Positions 1 to 9,565 of a DNA stretch of 57,053 nt are shown here, one piece after another. Both the position numbers and the translations under genes were made by a program. Where the stretch lies: NCBI GenBank assembly GCA_038118245.1, contig JAYOHN010000004.1:1-57053 (forward strand), read 5' to 3'. How positions within the stretch are numbered: position 1 is the stretch's first letter; every line of letters starts with the position of its first letter. A model generated the notes under the pieces. That model saw only the letters and a list, made by a program, of their open reading frames with translations. It was not told where the DNA came from and made no database searches. The stretch comes from Poseidonia sp. (GTDB taxonomy: Archaea > Thermoplasmatota > Poseidoniia > Poseidoniales > Poseidoniaceae).

Positions 1-106
1 TGAGCCCGTGGTTCTTCTGAATGGCGTGCTCTTCTTCGATTCGGTCAGCCTTCCAAGGGTGGGAAGGCGTGTCGTACTTGGGTCGTGAAAACTTTGGTTC
101 TCCCAT
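1..106 (-). CDS. rps4: 30S ribosomal protein S4 (uS4), N-terminal fragment; the gene runs off the left window edge
   Basis: The reverse complement of 1-106 starts with ATG (104-106) and reads MGEPKFSRPKYDTPSHPWKADRIEEEHAIQKNHGL, the conserved archaeal uS4 N-terminus. It lies 15 nt downstream of S13, as in the archaeal S13-S4-S11 operon. It is too short to appear in the ORF track. Confidence 0.8.
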   Translation of the reverse strand, partial: MGEPKFSRPKYDTPSHPWKADRIEEEHAIQKNHGL

Positions 107-121
107 GCTCAATCCCTCTCA

Positions 122-589
122 TCACTTCTTTCGGCTCACACCAAGCGTCAATCCACCACGGCCGTTGGAGCGGCCACGCTGGCCACGAACCTTGTTGCCC
201 GAAGCGTGGCGAATGCCACGGTAGCACTTCATGGTGCGGAGGCGGTCAATGTCGTCTTTGAGGGTGAAGCGAACCTGTTGGCCGGTCACATGGATGTCGT
301 ATCCCGACTCAAGGTCTCGCTGGCGGTTCAGCATCCATTCGGGGACCTTTTCGGCGTACGATTCAATGGCGACACGGAGTTCTTCCTGTTGCTCGGCGGT
401 GAGGAATCCAGCCAGCGCATAGGGGTCAAACCCGGTGTTCTTGCAGATTTGAACAGCGGTGCGTGCACCGACGCCCTTGACCGAAGTCAAAGCGGTGGCC
501 AACGGCTTTCGCCCGTCCATGTCCGTGTCGGCCATACGCAAAATGTATGAAAAATCGTCACCAAGGTCCTCATCCTTCGGTCGTGCCAT
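122..589 (-). CDS. rps13: 30S ribosomal protein S13 (uS13)
   Basis: From ORF 122..721, with the start moved to Met45 (ATG at 587-589): MARPKDEDLGDDFSYILRMADTDMDG... It has the basic C-terminal tail GNKVRGQRGRSNGRGG. The 155-aa length is typical of archaeal uS13, and the upstream 44 codons look non-coding. Confidence 0.9.
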   Translation of the reverse strand: MARPKDEDLGDDFSYILRMADTDMDGRKPLATALTSVKGVGARTAVQICKNTGFDPYALAGFLTAEQQEELRVAIESYAEKVPEWMLNRQRDLESGYDIHVTGQQVRFTLKDDIDRLRTMKCYRGIRHASGNKVRGQRGRSNGRGGLTLGVSRKK

Positions 590-645
590 CGTGTTCACCT
601 GTACGTTAACACACGCAGTGTCAAGCATCCCTCCGACCAACCCCC

Positions 646-656
646 CATATATCAAG
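646..656 (-). promoter_or_regulatory. Candidate TATA box for the S13-S4 operon
   Basis: The minus strand reads CTTGATATATG about 60 nt upstream of the S13 ATG. A GGTGA Shine-Dalgarno-like element lies 7 nt before the ATG. Assigned by position and sequence only. Confidence 0.3.
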
Positions 657-701
657 ACCGCGATGATGGAGTTCGCGCCACTGAGCCGCGAAACGAGGCG
701 T

Positions 702-1979
702 TCAGCCTTCGCTCCCACCAACCGCTTCGAACGCCGAGAGGCAGAGGAGGAGGGTGTGGCCGTTGGGGTGGCGCGTTAGAAAACCTTCCCGAACCCCGTG
801 ACGGCGCTGCAATTGGCGGTCCAACGAGCCTTGCAAAACGGGTTGAAGCGCAGGGTCAAGGTCCATCCGGAGTTTCACCGAGCGGAAGTTGTGTTCCAGG
901 GCGTGTTCAACCACCGCGTCCACGGTGGTTTCGTCCAGTTCAAAAGGCAACAGTTCAACCACGCGTCCCGTCGCTTGAACCAAGCTTTGCTGTTCTGGCC
1001 CGAGCCTCAAGGCGTGGTCGTGATGCACCTGAGGGCGCCGCCCGGTCAGCACCGCCCAACGGAAGGCGTTGTCTTTTGACACCGTGGGCAACCACGTTGG
1101 AGCAAGCCCGCTCTCCACGAGCGCTGCGTCCACGATGGTGACGAATTCACCTCGCTTTGGCGGGTGAACCCTGGTCTCGATGGCTTCGTGCGAACCCGCT
1201 AAACGCAGCATCAAGGGTTCGCCGCCCAGGGTGGGGGGCACGCGCACGAACCTTCTGAGGGTGCCTTTCTCCGCCACGGTTCCGGCCCATAGGGCAAGGC
1301 GGTCAACTCGGCCTCGCCCACGTGATGTCCACTCCCACGTCCGGTCGAGTCCGGGCCAAAGAGCGTCAACCAGTGCCTCAACTTCCGCTCGCTGGTCGTC
1401 GGTGAGTCGAGGGGAGAGGTCCAAAACAAAACCGGGCTCGGTAAAGTGTGGAGCCCAAGCCTGCAGAACGCTGTGCAACGGAGGTTGCATCTCTTCGAGC
1501 GCATGCGTTCGGCTGTTGCGTGGCCGAGCAGGGTCCAGGTGGAGGAAGGCAACCCCCTCCTCGGCCCCGATTGACCGAAGAACGCCGTCAGCATCCGTCC
1601 CGTCGCCGGCGACGACACGGCTTCCAGTGAACCAGAGTTCATCGTGCGCAGCGTGGTGGTTAGCCACCGTTTTGAGGTTAAAAGCCGAGGCTTGCGCCCT
1701 TGCAGGTTCCAGTTCCACGCCAAGCACGGCACGGCCCAACGTCGAAGCGTAGGCGGCCAACTGAACCCCGCTCCCGCACGCACAATCCACGAGCAACCCT
1801 TCCGGCAGCGGGAACTCGGCGAGGTGGGCCGCCCTCAACACAGCAACCTGCCAGGGCGTGGCCAGCGGTTTGCCTTCGATGGCATGGTGGAACACCAAAC
1901 CCTCCGGTGCGGTGGGGTCTTGCGCCTGTTCGACCAGACCGGAGCGGTCGGCATCGGTGGGATGGAGGGCCGTGTGCAT
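702..1979 (-). CDS. Class I SAM-dependent methyltransferase with a long C-terminal extension (RNA methyltransferase candidate, THUMP-like/TGS-like family)
   Basis: 425-aa ORF. SAM-binding motif I is LLVDCACGSGVQLAAYA, followed by the acidic LGVELEP. The subfamily is assigned from motif pattern only. Confidence 0.6.
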   Translation of the reverse strand: MHTALHPTDADRSGLVEQAQDPTAPEGLVFHHAIEGKPLATPWQVAVLRAAHLAEFPLPEGLLVDCACGSGVQLAAYASTLGRAVLGVELEPARAQASAFNLKTVANHHAAHDELWFTGSRVVAGDGTDADGVLRSIGAEEGVAFLHLDPARPRNSRTHALEEMQPPLHSVLQAWAPHFTEPGFVLDLSPRLTDDQRAEVEALVDALWPGLDRTWEWTSRGRGRVDRLALWAGTVAEKGTLRRFVRVPPTLGGEPLMLRLAGSHEAIETRVHPPKRGEFVTIVDAALVESGLAPTWLPTVSKDNAFRWAVLTGRRPQVHHDHALRLGPEQQSLVQATGRVVELLPFELDETTVDAVVEHALEHNFRSVKLRMDLDPALQPVLQGSLDRQLQRRHGVREGFLTRHPNGHTLLLCLSAFEAVGGSEG

Positions 1980-1988
1980 GAAACCGCC

Positions 1989-2582
1989 TCAAAGGGCCAC
2001 GATGTCGGAGCGGGTGAGCAAGGATTCAAAATGAATGCCTGCGGCTTCAAAGGCTTCCTTTGCACCTTCTTCCCGGTCGAGGATGCTGATGACGCCGACC
2101 ACGCGGCATTCGGTCTCTTTGTGAATCCGCTCAACAGCAACGATGGACGACCCCCCGGTCGTCGTCACGTCTTCAACGACCACAACATCGCCTCCCCCGC
2201 TCAGCGAAGACCCTTCGATACCGGGTGGGTTCTGCGTCTTGCGGCCTCCGCGGCCTTTCGGTTCTTTTCGGACCATGAACCCTCGTAAATGGTCGGGGCC
2301 TGCCGCCACCACGAGGGCGGTGAGCGGTACCGCACCGAGTTCAAGGCCGCCGACAAAAAGGGCTTCCATCGCTTCGGCACGCATGGCCAAGAGTTTGCCC
2401 AGAATCCGGCCGGCTTCGGGATGCATCATCACCGGTTTGGTGTCAAAAAACCAACGCGATTGTCGGCCGCTGGCCAAGGTGAAGGCTTCGTCATGACCTC
2501 CGTCAAGAAAAGCCAATTCGTGAACCAAGGTCGCCAGGCGAGCCCAGTCGGGGTGAGCGCGTACGGTAGGGTCAACGGCCAT
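1989..2582 (-). CDS. pyrE: Orotate phosphoribosyltransferase
   Basis: 197 aa. PRPP-binding loop VVVVEDVTTTGGS. N-terminal FTLASGRQSRWFFDTK is typical of type I PRTases of the PyrE family. Confidence 0.85.
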   Translation of the reverse strand: MAVDPTVRAHPDWARLATLVHELAFLDGGHDEAFTLASGRQSRWFFDTKPVMMHPEAGRILGKLLAMRAEAMEALFVGGLELGAVPLTALVVAAGPDHLRGFMVRKEPKGRGGRKTQNPPGIEGSSLSGGGDVVVVEDVTTTGGSSIVAVERIHKETECRVVGVISILDREEGAKEAFEAAGIHFESLLTRSDIVAL

Positions 2583-2660
2583 GCTTGCTTCTCAGGGGTG
2601 CATGACATGAACTTTCCTTCCTGCACGCACGCACCCCGCCAACCGTTTGCACCGCGCCGA

Positions 2661-2668
2661 TGATATAC
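2661..2668 (+). promoter_or_regulatory. Candidate TATA box for polC (near-leaderless transcript)
   Basis: TGATATAC is centred about 33 nt upstream of the ATG at 2698, in the 115-bp divergent pyrE/polC spacer. Confidence 0.3.
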
Positions 2669-2697
2669 GGTCGTCTCCCTCATCTTCTTGACTGAGC

Positions 2698-5600
2698 ATG
2701 AGTGCAGAGCCGAGCCGTTTGGAATTGGGGGAATTGAATCCCCTGATTGGGCTCGATTTGGCGCGGCTCGAAGCCGAAATGGAACGCTATCACCTTTGGC
2801 TGGACGAACGTGCGGACGATGCGTATCGGATTGCGGAGGCCGCTCGACAACTCGGGTTTGACCACAAACCCCGGGTCGAAATCCCTCGGGCGTCGGACCT
2901 TGCAGGAAGAACCGAGAAATTGCTCATCGAACACCTCGACGGCTACCCGGTCGCCGATGACATTCGGGCGTTGCTCGAGGAGCACGATCGCGAAACCACC
3001 TCCATCATGATCGCTCAGTCCGTTTCCAGAGGTTTCCGCGAAAAGGGGTATGACCTCGAAAAATCCATCGATGTGGGCTTGCGCGTCGGATTGGCGGTGT
3101 TGACCGAAGCCGTGTTGGTCGCACCCCTGGAGGGCATCAGCGAGGTCCGCTTGTTGAACAACATCGACGGGTCTCAATTCGTTTCCGTCCATTTTGCCGG
3201 CCCCATCCGAGCGGCAGGAGGCACCGCTCAAGCCCTCGCTGTCCTGATCGCTGACATGATTCGCCGAGAGTTGAACATCGGACACTACCAACCCACCGAC
3301 CCGGAGGTTGAACGGGTGAAGGAAGAATTCGGCCTGTATCGGGGCAACCTTCAGTACCGCCCTTCGCCGCCCGAAATCGATGAAATCGTTCGAGCGTGCC
3401 CGGTGATGATCAACGGTGAATCGACCGAACGCATCGAGTGTGCTGGCTACGGCAACGTGCGAAACATCGACGAGGCGCGCATTCGAGGAGGGGTGCTCCT
3501 GGTCATCGGTGAAGGCATGTGCTTGAAGGCGCCAAAAATTCAGAAGCACACCGAACGGTTGAACCTCCCTGGGTGGGAGTTTATTACGAAATTTGCCGCA
3601 CGGGGGAAAGAAAAAGCCGATGCAGACGGTGGCGCTTTCAAGAGCAAACAAATCCAACCCATTACCAAATTCATGAACGACATCATCGCTGGCCGGCCGG
3701 TCTTCGGGGGGCCGCTCCAACCCGGCGGCTTTCGTTTGCGCTACGGAAGGGCGCGCCCTTCAGGCCTCGCCGCCGCGTCGTGCAACACCGCTTCGATGCT
3801 TGCGCTGGATGATTTCATCACCATTGGGACGCAAATGAAGATTGAACGACCGGGAAAAGCCTGCGCCATCACCCCTTGCGATGAAGCCGAAGGCCCTTGG
3901 GTGGTGTTGGAGGACGGGCGCTTCCTCCGTGTGGACGACCCTTCGACGTACGCCACGCTCCGCCCGAAGGTGAAGAACATCTGGGACAATGGCGAGTTGG
4001 TGATTGGGTACGGTGAATTTCTTGAAAACAACAAGGCCTTGGTGCCGTCGGGTTACACGATGGATTGGTGGGCAAGCGATGTCTTGGAAGCCTTGACGAC
4101 GCCCAAGGATTTGGAGGATTTCCTTGCTCTGCTGGGCGAAGGTCGGGACGCTTGGCCCGATGGTTTGCCCGGACGCCAGCCTGCAGAAACCGCTGATCCG
4201 GACGCTCAATTTTGGGTCCGTTGTCGATGGCATGTCGCCTTGAGGGCTCAGAAGCTCACTTGGGAGCAGGCCAAAGGGGTCGCTCACCGATTCGCCACCT
4301 CGCTCCCACCGCCCCATAATCCATGGTTCAAGGACCTCCCCATCGAGTGGCTTCCCGGCCTCCTCAACTTGCTTGAGTCGGCCACCATCGAAGCCTCAAA
4401 CACCTTCCTCACCGCCAAGGCAGACGACGTTCATTTCGAGGGCGCCCTACCGCTTCACAGCGCTCGCCACCTCCGGCTGAAAGGCGGTGCCAGGGGTTGG
4501 TCGCCCAAGCGCATGGATGAATTGGAGCCCGAGGTGCTCCCTCCTCTTGAGGAAGCGGAACTTCCTGGAACCGCTCATCTCCCCATTCAACCCGTTCTTC
4601 AGGCAACGATGCCTGAGGATTGGTCGCTCCACCAACACGGCATGGTCAAGGCAGCGATGATGCTGCTTGGCCTGCCCCATGCTCACGACGGCGAGGACGT
4701 GGTGGTGCTCGCTGGTTGGGAAGCGCTGCTCGAAGGGCTTGGTTTTACGTTCAACGGAGATGCCCCGGTCAGGGTTCGAAACGCCGAGTCCATGACCGAG
4801 GACCGAATCCAAGCGCTTCGAAAAGCAAAAACCGTTCTGGACGAGGAACGTCAGCGAAAAAGCGAGCTTGAGGCGGAACGAGCCACCATCCGAATCGCCG
4901 CTGAAACCGGGGCTCGTCAACGCGGCTTGGGCATTGCCGAAACCGACAAGGTCGGGCGGGACGCGGCGGCTTCCGTTCCCGACGATGGCCCAAGGGACCC
5001 GGCGGCGTATTTGCATGCCCAACAACTCGAAGACGAACATGCCGTTCACGGCATCATGGTTCTTGTTCGCAAACTCTCCGACCTGCGCTGGGAGCACAGC
5101 GCTCCTGTCCGTGTTGGGTGCCGGATGGGCCGTCCGGAGAAAGCGGCACCTCGCGTCATGAACCCCATGACCCACTCGTTGTTTCCCATCGAACTCAACG
5201 GCGGGAATCAGCGCTTGTTGCACAACGCCGTTGACAAACGAACGATACGCGTTCAACTCGGAAAACGAACGTGTTCGGTGTGCGCTCGCCCGTCCCCGTA
5301 TTTGCGCTGTCATCACCGAAACCAAGACGAATTTGGCGAAGGCAAGGCCGGCGAGGTTTGCGGGGGACGCACCGAGGCGGATACGACGAATTCAACGGCG
5401 CGTCGGCGGGGAGAAATCCAGTCCGTTCGCCTCGACGACATGGTGGAAGATGCGAGGATTCGTCTCGGGATTGACCGCCTTCCCGCGCAGGTCAAATGCA
5501 TGAAGAAATTGAACAGCCGAGACCAAACCCCAGAGGCCATTGAGAAGGGCATCCTCCGAGCACGCCACGAACTCCCGGTTTTCCGGGACGGAACCGTGCG

Positions 5601-6813
5601 CTACGACATGAGCGACGTGCCCATCACCCATTTCAGGCCGCGCGAGATTGGCGTCCCCTGGAAAACCCTCGTGGGGTTGGGCTACACCCACGATTATTCG
5701 GGAGAGCCGTTGGTTGACGATGAACAGGTGCTCGAACTCTACCCGCAGGATTTTATCGTGGCGAAAGGCGCTGGCGATTTCCTGCTTCGAACTGCGAAGT
5801 ACATCGATGAACTGTTGGTCCGTTTCTACGGCTTGGAGCCGTACTACAACGCCGAATCCGAGAACGACCTTGTCGGGCACTTGATCTGCGCGCTTGCCCC
5901 CCACACAAGCGGCGGCGTACTCTCCCGCATCATTGGCTGGGCTGACTGTTCTGGGGGGTACGCTCACCCGCTTTTCCACGCCGCTAAACGCCGAAATTGC
6001 GACGGTGACGAGGACGCCATCATGCTCCTGATGGACGGCTTGTTGAATTTCAGTCGGGACATCTTGCCTGCGAACCGGGGCGGTCAAATGGACGCGCCTT
6101 TGGTGCTAACCACGCGGCTTAACCCCACGGAAGTTGACAAGGAAGCGTTGAACGTCGACGCCGGTTGGTTTTACGAACGCGATTTCTACGAGGCCACGCT
6201 GGACCAACCCCATCCAAAAGAGGTGCAGCGTCGGATGGATTTTGTTGAGCGAAGATTGGGTTCGGTGGCGGCGGTTCGCGGCTACGGTTTCACGCACGAC
6301 TGCGCTTCGTTGGACCAAGGTCCGGCTTTGTCAGCCTACAAAACCCTGGAGACGATGATCGACAAAATGAACGGGCAATTGGCGCTTGGGCATCGGTTGC
6401 GTGGGGTCAACGTCCGTCAGGTTGCATCGAGCGTGGTCCGTTCACATTTCTTGCCGGATTTACGCGGCAACCTCAACGCATATGGCCGGCAAAAAGTGCG
6501 GTGCCTAAAATGCGCTCATTCTTACCGGCGCATGCCTTTGTCGGGAAGTTGCATCCAACCCAAAAAAGAGGCCGGTCGCGGGTTGGCCAGTGTGGGCGTA
6601 ACGGCTCAAGAGGGCGGCTTGTGCAACGGCAACCTCGCCCTGACCGTTTCCGAAGGTGCCGTGCGAAAATACATCGAAGTGATGCGGTTCGTGATGGACC
6701 ATTACGGGGTGGATTTGTACACCCGTCAAAACGCCGAATGGCTGGCCAGCAGTGCCGACTCCCTCTTCAACAACGACCGAGCAAAACAACTCTCACTTGC
6801 CGATTTCCTCTGA
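2698..6813 (+). CDS. polC: DNA polymerase II (PolD) large subunit DP2
   Basis: 1371 aa. The catalytic signature KRRNCDGDEDAIMLLMDGLLNFS is present. The N-terminus ...AEMERYHLWLDERADDAYRIAEAARQLGFD matches the DP2 pattern. Several Cys clusters are present (CSVC...C, CLKC...C...C). Confidence 0.95.
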   Translation: MSAEPSRLELGELNPLIGLDLARLEAEMERYHLWLDERADDAYRIAEAARQLGFDHKPRVEIPRASDLAGRTEKLLIEHLDGYPVADDIRALLEEHDRETTSIMIAQSVSRGFREKGYDLEKSIDVGLRVGLAVLTEAVLVAPLEGISEVRLLNNIDGSQFVSVHFAGPIRAAGGTAQALAVLIADMIRRELNIGHYQPTDPEVERVKEEFGLYRGNLQYRPSPPEIDEIVRACPVMINGESTERIECAGYGNVRNIDEARIRGGVLLVIGEGMCLKAPKIQKHTERLNLPGWEFITKFAARGKEKADADGGAFKSKQIQPITKFMNDIIAGRPVFGGPLQPGGFRLRYGRARPSGLAAASCNTASMLALDDFITIGTQMKIERPGKACAITPCDEAEGPWVVLEDGRFLRVDDPSTYATLRPKVKNIWDNGELVIGYGEFLENNKALVPSGYTMDWWASDVLEALTTPKDLEDFLALLGEGRDAWPDGLPGRQPAETADPDAQFWVRCRWHVALRAQKLTWEQAKGVAHRFATSLPPPHNPWFKDLPIEWLPGLLNLLESATIEASNTFLTAKADDVHFEGALPLHSARHLRLKGGARGWSPKRMDELEPEVLPPLEEAELPGTAHLPIQPVLQATMPEDWSLHQHGMVKAAMMLLGLPHAHDGEDVVVLAGWEALLEGLGFTFNGDAPVRVRNAESMTEDRIQALRKAKTVLDEERQRKSELEAERATIRIAAETGARQRGLGIAETDKVGRDAAASVPDDGPRDPAAYLHAQQLEDEHAVHGIMVLVRKLSDLRWEHSAPVRVGCRMGRPEKAAPRVMNPMTHSLFPIELNGGNQRLLHNAVDKRTIRVQLGKRTCSVCARPSPYLRCHHRNQDEFGEGKAGEVCGGRTEADTTNSTARRRGEIQSVRLDDMVEDARIRLGIDRLPAQVKCMKKLNSRDQTPEAIEKGILRARHELPVFRDGTVRYDMSDVPITHFRPREIGVPWKTLVGLGYTHDYSGEPLVDDEQVLELYPQDFIVAKGAGDFLLRTAKYIDELLVRFYGLEPYYNAESENDLVGHLICALAPHTSGGVLSRIIGWADCSGGYAHPLFHAAKRRNCDGDEDAIMLLMDGLLNFSRDILPANRGGQMDAPLVLTTRLNPTEVDKEALNVDAGWFYERDFYEATLDQPHPKEVQRRMDFVERRLGSVAAVRGYGFTHDCASLDQGPALSAYKTLETMIDKMNGQLALGHRLRGVNVRQVASSVVRSHFLPDLRGNLNAYGRQKVRCLKCAHSYRRMPLSGSCIQPKKEAGRGLASVGVTAQEGGLCNGNLALTVSEGAVRKYIEVMRFVMDHYGVDLYTRQNAEWLASSADSLFNNDRAKQLSLADFL

Positions 6814-7443
6814 AGGTGTGAGCGGAGCACGCCACGGCGAGGCTTCCTCGTCGGACAAAAGCAGGTCATCCTCCCGTGCGTGGCTCCGCCGCTTGAACGG
6901 CGCCTTTTCCTCGGGAACGGTCTTGCTCGTCGGCGTCCGAGTGGCCACAAAGGCCCTGATGCCTTGTTCAACAAAGGCCAAAACGACCAACAAAAGGCTG
7001 AGAACAACGTGGCCTTGGAACCTTATGGCGTCAAACGGTTCCAGCATCAAGACTTGCTCAACGTCCACGCCCTCCTCAACTTCGGTCACCACGGTGTAGT
7101 TTCCTGGTTCCAGCCTGCCCTCCCATTTTGGGGGAGTTTCGGTGAGCAAACCCGACCAGGAATGAATCACGGACACGTTGTTTTTCTTGATGGAAAAACT
7201 GACGTTCGCTTGTTCAAGGCTGAGGCTGGTAAAATCAGTTTCAAAGGTGGCCGGGATGGCGTTGCTTGAACCGAACACCGCGGCCACGGTCACGCTTCGG
7301 TGTGTTTCAAAGCGGTCAATGCTGTTGACTTCATTGGGCGCTTCTTGACGCGACACATTGCTCCAAAGGGCATTGATGATGACCAAAGCCAGCACCCACA
7401 ACACGGGATTCACCCATGTGCGTGCCGCCGTCATGGGTCGCAC
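6793..7443 (-). CDS. Hypothetical membrane protein with an N-terminal anchor, an ectodomain and a second TM helix
   Basis: 216-aa ORF with a GTG start at 7443 and an alternative ATG at 7434. Hydrophobic segments are VNPVLWVLALVIINALW and VVLSLLLVVLAFV. No recognisable family. Its 3' end overlaps the polC 3' end by 21 nt (convergent). Confidence 0.45.
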   Translation of the reverse strand: MRPMTAARTWVNPVLWVLALVIINALWSNVSRQEAPNEVNSIDRFETHRSVTVAAVFGSSNAIPATFETDFTSLSLEQANVSFSIKKNNVSVIHSWSGLLTETPPKWEGRLEPGNYTVVTEVEEGVDVEQVLMLEPFDAIRFQGHVVLSLLLVVLAFVEQGIRAFVATRTPTSKTVPEEKAPFKRRSHAREDDLLLSDEEASPWRAPLTPSEEIGK

Positions 7444-7489
7444 TCATGGGCAGTCTTCTTATGACTGTGTTTTGTTTTCACCGATGCGG

Positions 7490-8230
7490 TCAACTTTCAT
7501 GGCCCAACGCTTTGCTTCGCCAAGTTGGAGAGAGCATGTCCAACACACGAGCCATCCACTGCAATTTTTCCAGTTTCCGAACGGGCTCGGTGGTGCCTGA
7601 CCACGACCCGACCCGGTCGGTAGAGAAACCAAGAAACACCAGTTTCTCGTCGTCAACCCCCAGCCACCGCATCAAACATGCCGCTCGGTCCCCGTCCGTG
7701 AACCCTCCAGGATTGACCATGCCTTCGATGGCGTGGCGGCATTGATGCGTCAGGACGATGCTCGGTGGAGCGTCAGCCCAGTTGTCGAGGCACCTGCTCC
7801 ACGTCGCTTGGTTGTCTCCATGGGCATGCACAACCAACGGAACACCCGCGAGAACGGCGGCATCGAGGTGTTCTCCTCCGTCAAGGTCCGTGACAACGCA
7901 AACGGGGGCGACCAAACCCAAACATGCTCCAACGGCCCCGTCCGCTGCGACGAACACCGTGCCTTCAGGCCACGGCCGGTCCAGCGCTTGGCGTTGCGCA
8001 GCTGCCCCGACCAACACGACAGCATCTGCTTGAGAAACAGCGGTGCGTATGTTCTCCATCGTTTCCCTCCGACCTTTTCGTGACCAGTGGAAGGCCTTGG
8101 ACTCTGCACGGGATTCGCAGGCCGAACGCAACGCCAGCGCACTGGCAGCATCGTCATCGTGGCTCCAGCCAAATGACGCCCGGACATCGTCTTGGATACG
8201 GACGAGGTCGTCTTGCAAGGCCCCATCCAT
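7490..8230 (-). CDS. MptE-like (DUF115) protein, candidate 6-hydroxymethylpterin diphosphokinase
   Basis: 246 aa. VFVAADGAVGACLGLVAPVCVVTDLDGGEH...VVHAHGDN matches my recollection of the MptE/DUF115 core (TDLDG ... HAHGDN). Confidence 0.55.
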   Translation of the reverse strand: MDGALQDDLVRIQDDVRASFGWSHDDDAASALALRSACESRAESKAFHWSRKGRRETMENIRTAVSQADAVVLVGAAAQRQALDRPWPEGTVFVAADGAVGACLGLVAPVCVVTDLDGGEHLDAAVLAGVPLVVHAHGDNQATWSRCLDNWADAPPSIVLTHQCRHAIEGMVNPGGFTDGDRAACLMRWLGVDDEKLVFLGFSTDRVGSWSGTTEPVRKLEKLQWMARVLDMLSPTWRSKALGHES

Positions 8231-8305
8231 GCCCCTCGCAGGTGCAGGGAGGCCATCAATTCAACCGAGGTTGAACTTCATAATCCGTGGCGCCCATCGG
8301 ACAAC

Positions 8306-9526
8306 ATGCCCGTCCCCACCAGCCCCCCAGCGGTCGTGGACGAGGTGACGTTGGCTCGGTATCCCTTTTTGCCTCAAGCCACCGACTGGATTCGGAACAT
8401 GGCCGTGACGCACGGCATTGACCTCAACGAACTTCTCGACGGTGCGTGGATGGAGAAGGCCCGGCAACGGGCCCGAATACGGCTCATCGACTCCATCCAA
8501 TCCAAAGAGGGGGTGCAGGTCATGGGCGGCGACATCCACACCGAGGAGGGGCGCTTGGTGGAGGCCTTCTCGTTTTATTACGCACGGCTGGTCATGTGCG
8601 CCAGCGAAGATGAGCGCCTCATCGCCCGTTGGGCACAAGCCGAAGCAGCTCGGGCCGAACAACTTCTGATTCTCGACAGTGCCAACCTCGAAAACATCGC
8701 ACGCACGTACATCTCCGACCTGGAGACCCTCGCAGCCCCACGGAGCACCGTTCGTCCATCTCGAGGAGGCAGCCTCCGAGAACTCCGACAACAAGGCAAC
8801 GCGGTTTGGCGCATCGGCCTGGCCGATTTCATTGAGATTTGCCCTCGCATCACGGGGCAACGATGGCGGTTGCCCAACGTTGATGTCGAAGCCGGCTGGG
8901 TGAAACTTCACGACGAGCGCCAGTACACCTCCTCGGCAAAACTTGCCCGCTTGTTACGAGAGCGAATCAAATCCGGGATTGAGGCAGAGGCTTTGGAAAA
9001 AATGGGCGAGGTCACGACCGATCTCGCCGTCCGCCTCGCCGAACCTGTGGGCATGGTTCGTAATCTGATGGCGAACAAAGCCAGCGAAGCCATTGCCTTG
9101 GTTGGCGCCGAAGAAAGCGACTGGCCACCGTGCATGCAGAAAATCATCGCCGATTTATCAGGCGGGGTGAACGTGAACCATTTCGGCCGCTTGTTTCTTG
9201 CCTCCATGGCGGCCACGCTCGCCCTGCCCCAAGAGGCCTGCGTCAATTTTTTCCGAGGGGCACCGGATTTCAGCGAGGCCACCACCTCCTATCAGGTTCA
9301 GCACGTGTATCAGCACGAGTACACGCCTGCAGGGTGCGGGAAATTGAAGGTCAACCACAACTGTCCCGTGCTGCCAGGTGACAACCGAACGTGCGACCAA
9401 TCCTGGATGGACCACCCTCTGAAGTACATTCGGGCCACGCAGCGTTGGCGTCGCCTCACCGCACCCGCAGATACCAAAGCGGAGGAACCTTCCTCGGACG
9501 AAACCCCTGCTTCGCCCCCGCCTTGA
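8306..9526 (+). CDS. priL: DNA primase large subunit PriL
   Basis: From ORF 8192..9526, with the start moved to the ATG at 8306 so it clears the divergent gene starting at 8230. It has the PriL pattern ARYPFLPQA..., DWPPCMQKIIADL..G.NVNHFGRLFLASM, and the C-terminal Fe-S cysteines (CGKLKVNHNCPV...C). Confidence 0.85.
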   Translation: MPVPTSPPAVVDEVTLARYPFLPQATDWIRNMAVTHGIDLNELLDGAWMEKARQRARIRLIDSIQSKEGVQVMGGDIHTEEGRLVEAFSFYYARLVMCASEDERLIARWAQAEAARAEQLLILDSANLENIARTYISDLETLAAPRSTVRPSRGGSLRELRQQGNAVWRIGLADFIEICPRITGQRWRLPNVDVEAGWVKLHDERQYTSSAKLARLLRERIKSGIEAEALEKMGEVTTDLAVRLAEPVGMVRNLMANKASEAIALVGAEESDWPPCMQKIIADLSGGVNVNHFGRLFLASMAATLALPQEACVNFFRGAPDFSEATTSYQVQHVYQHEYTPAGCGKLKVNHNCPVLPGDNRTCDQSWMDHPLKYIRATQRWRRLTAPADTKAEEPSSDETPASPPP

Positions 9527-9565
9527 CGGGCATGGTGCTAAGAATCGGACCGACTCTCAGGGGGC

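Noticed and set aside
21-227. ORFs 21..224 (+) and 45..227 (-) at the left edge
   Set aside because: Both overlap the S13 3' end and the S4 5' fragment, which are supported by strong ribosomal-protein matches in another frame.
2698-6813. Intein in the long PolD large subunit
   Set aside because: I could not find intein junction blocks, meaning a Cys/Ser at an insertion start with a terminal HN followed by Cys/Ser/Thr, or any homing-endonuclease motifs. The extra length lies in the variable middle region that is also present in intein-free DP2.
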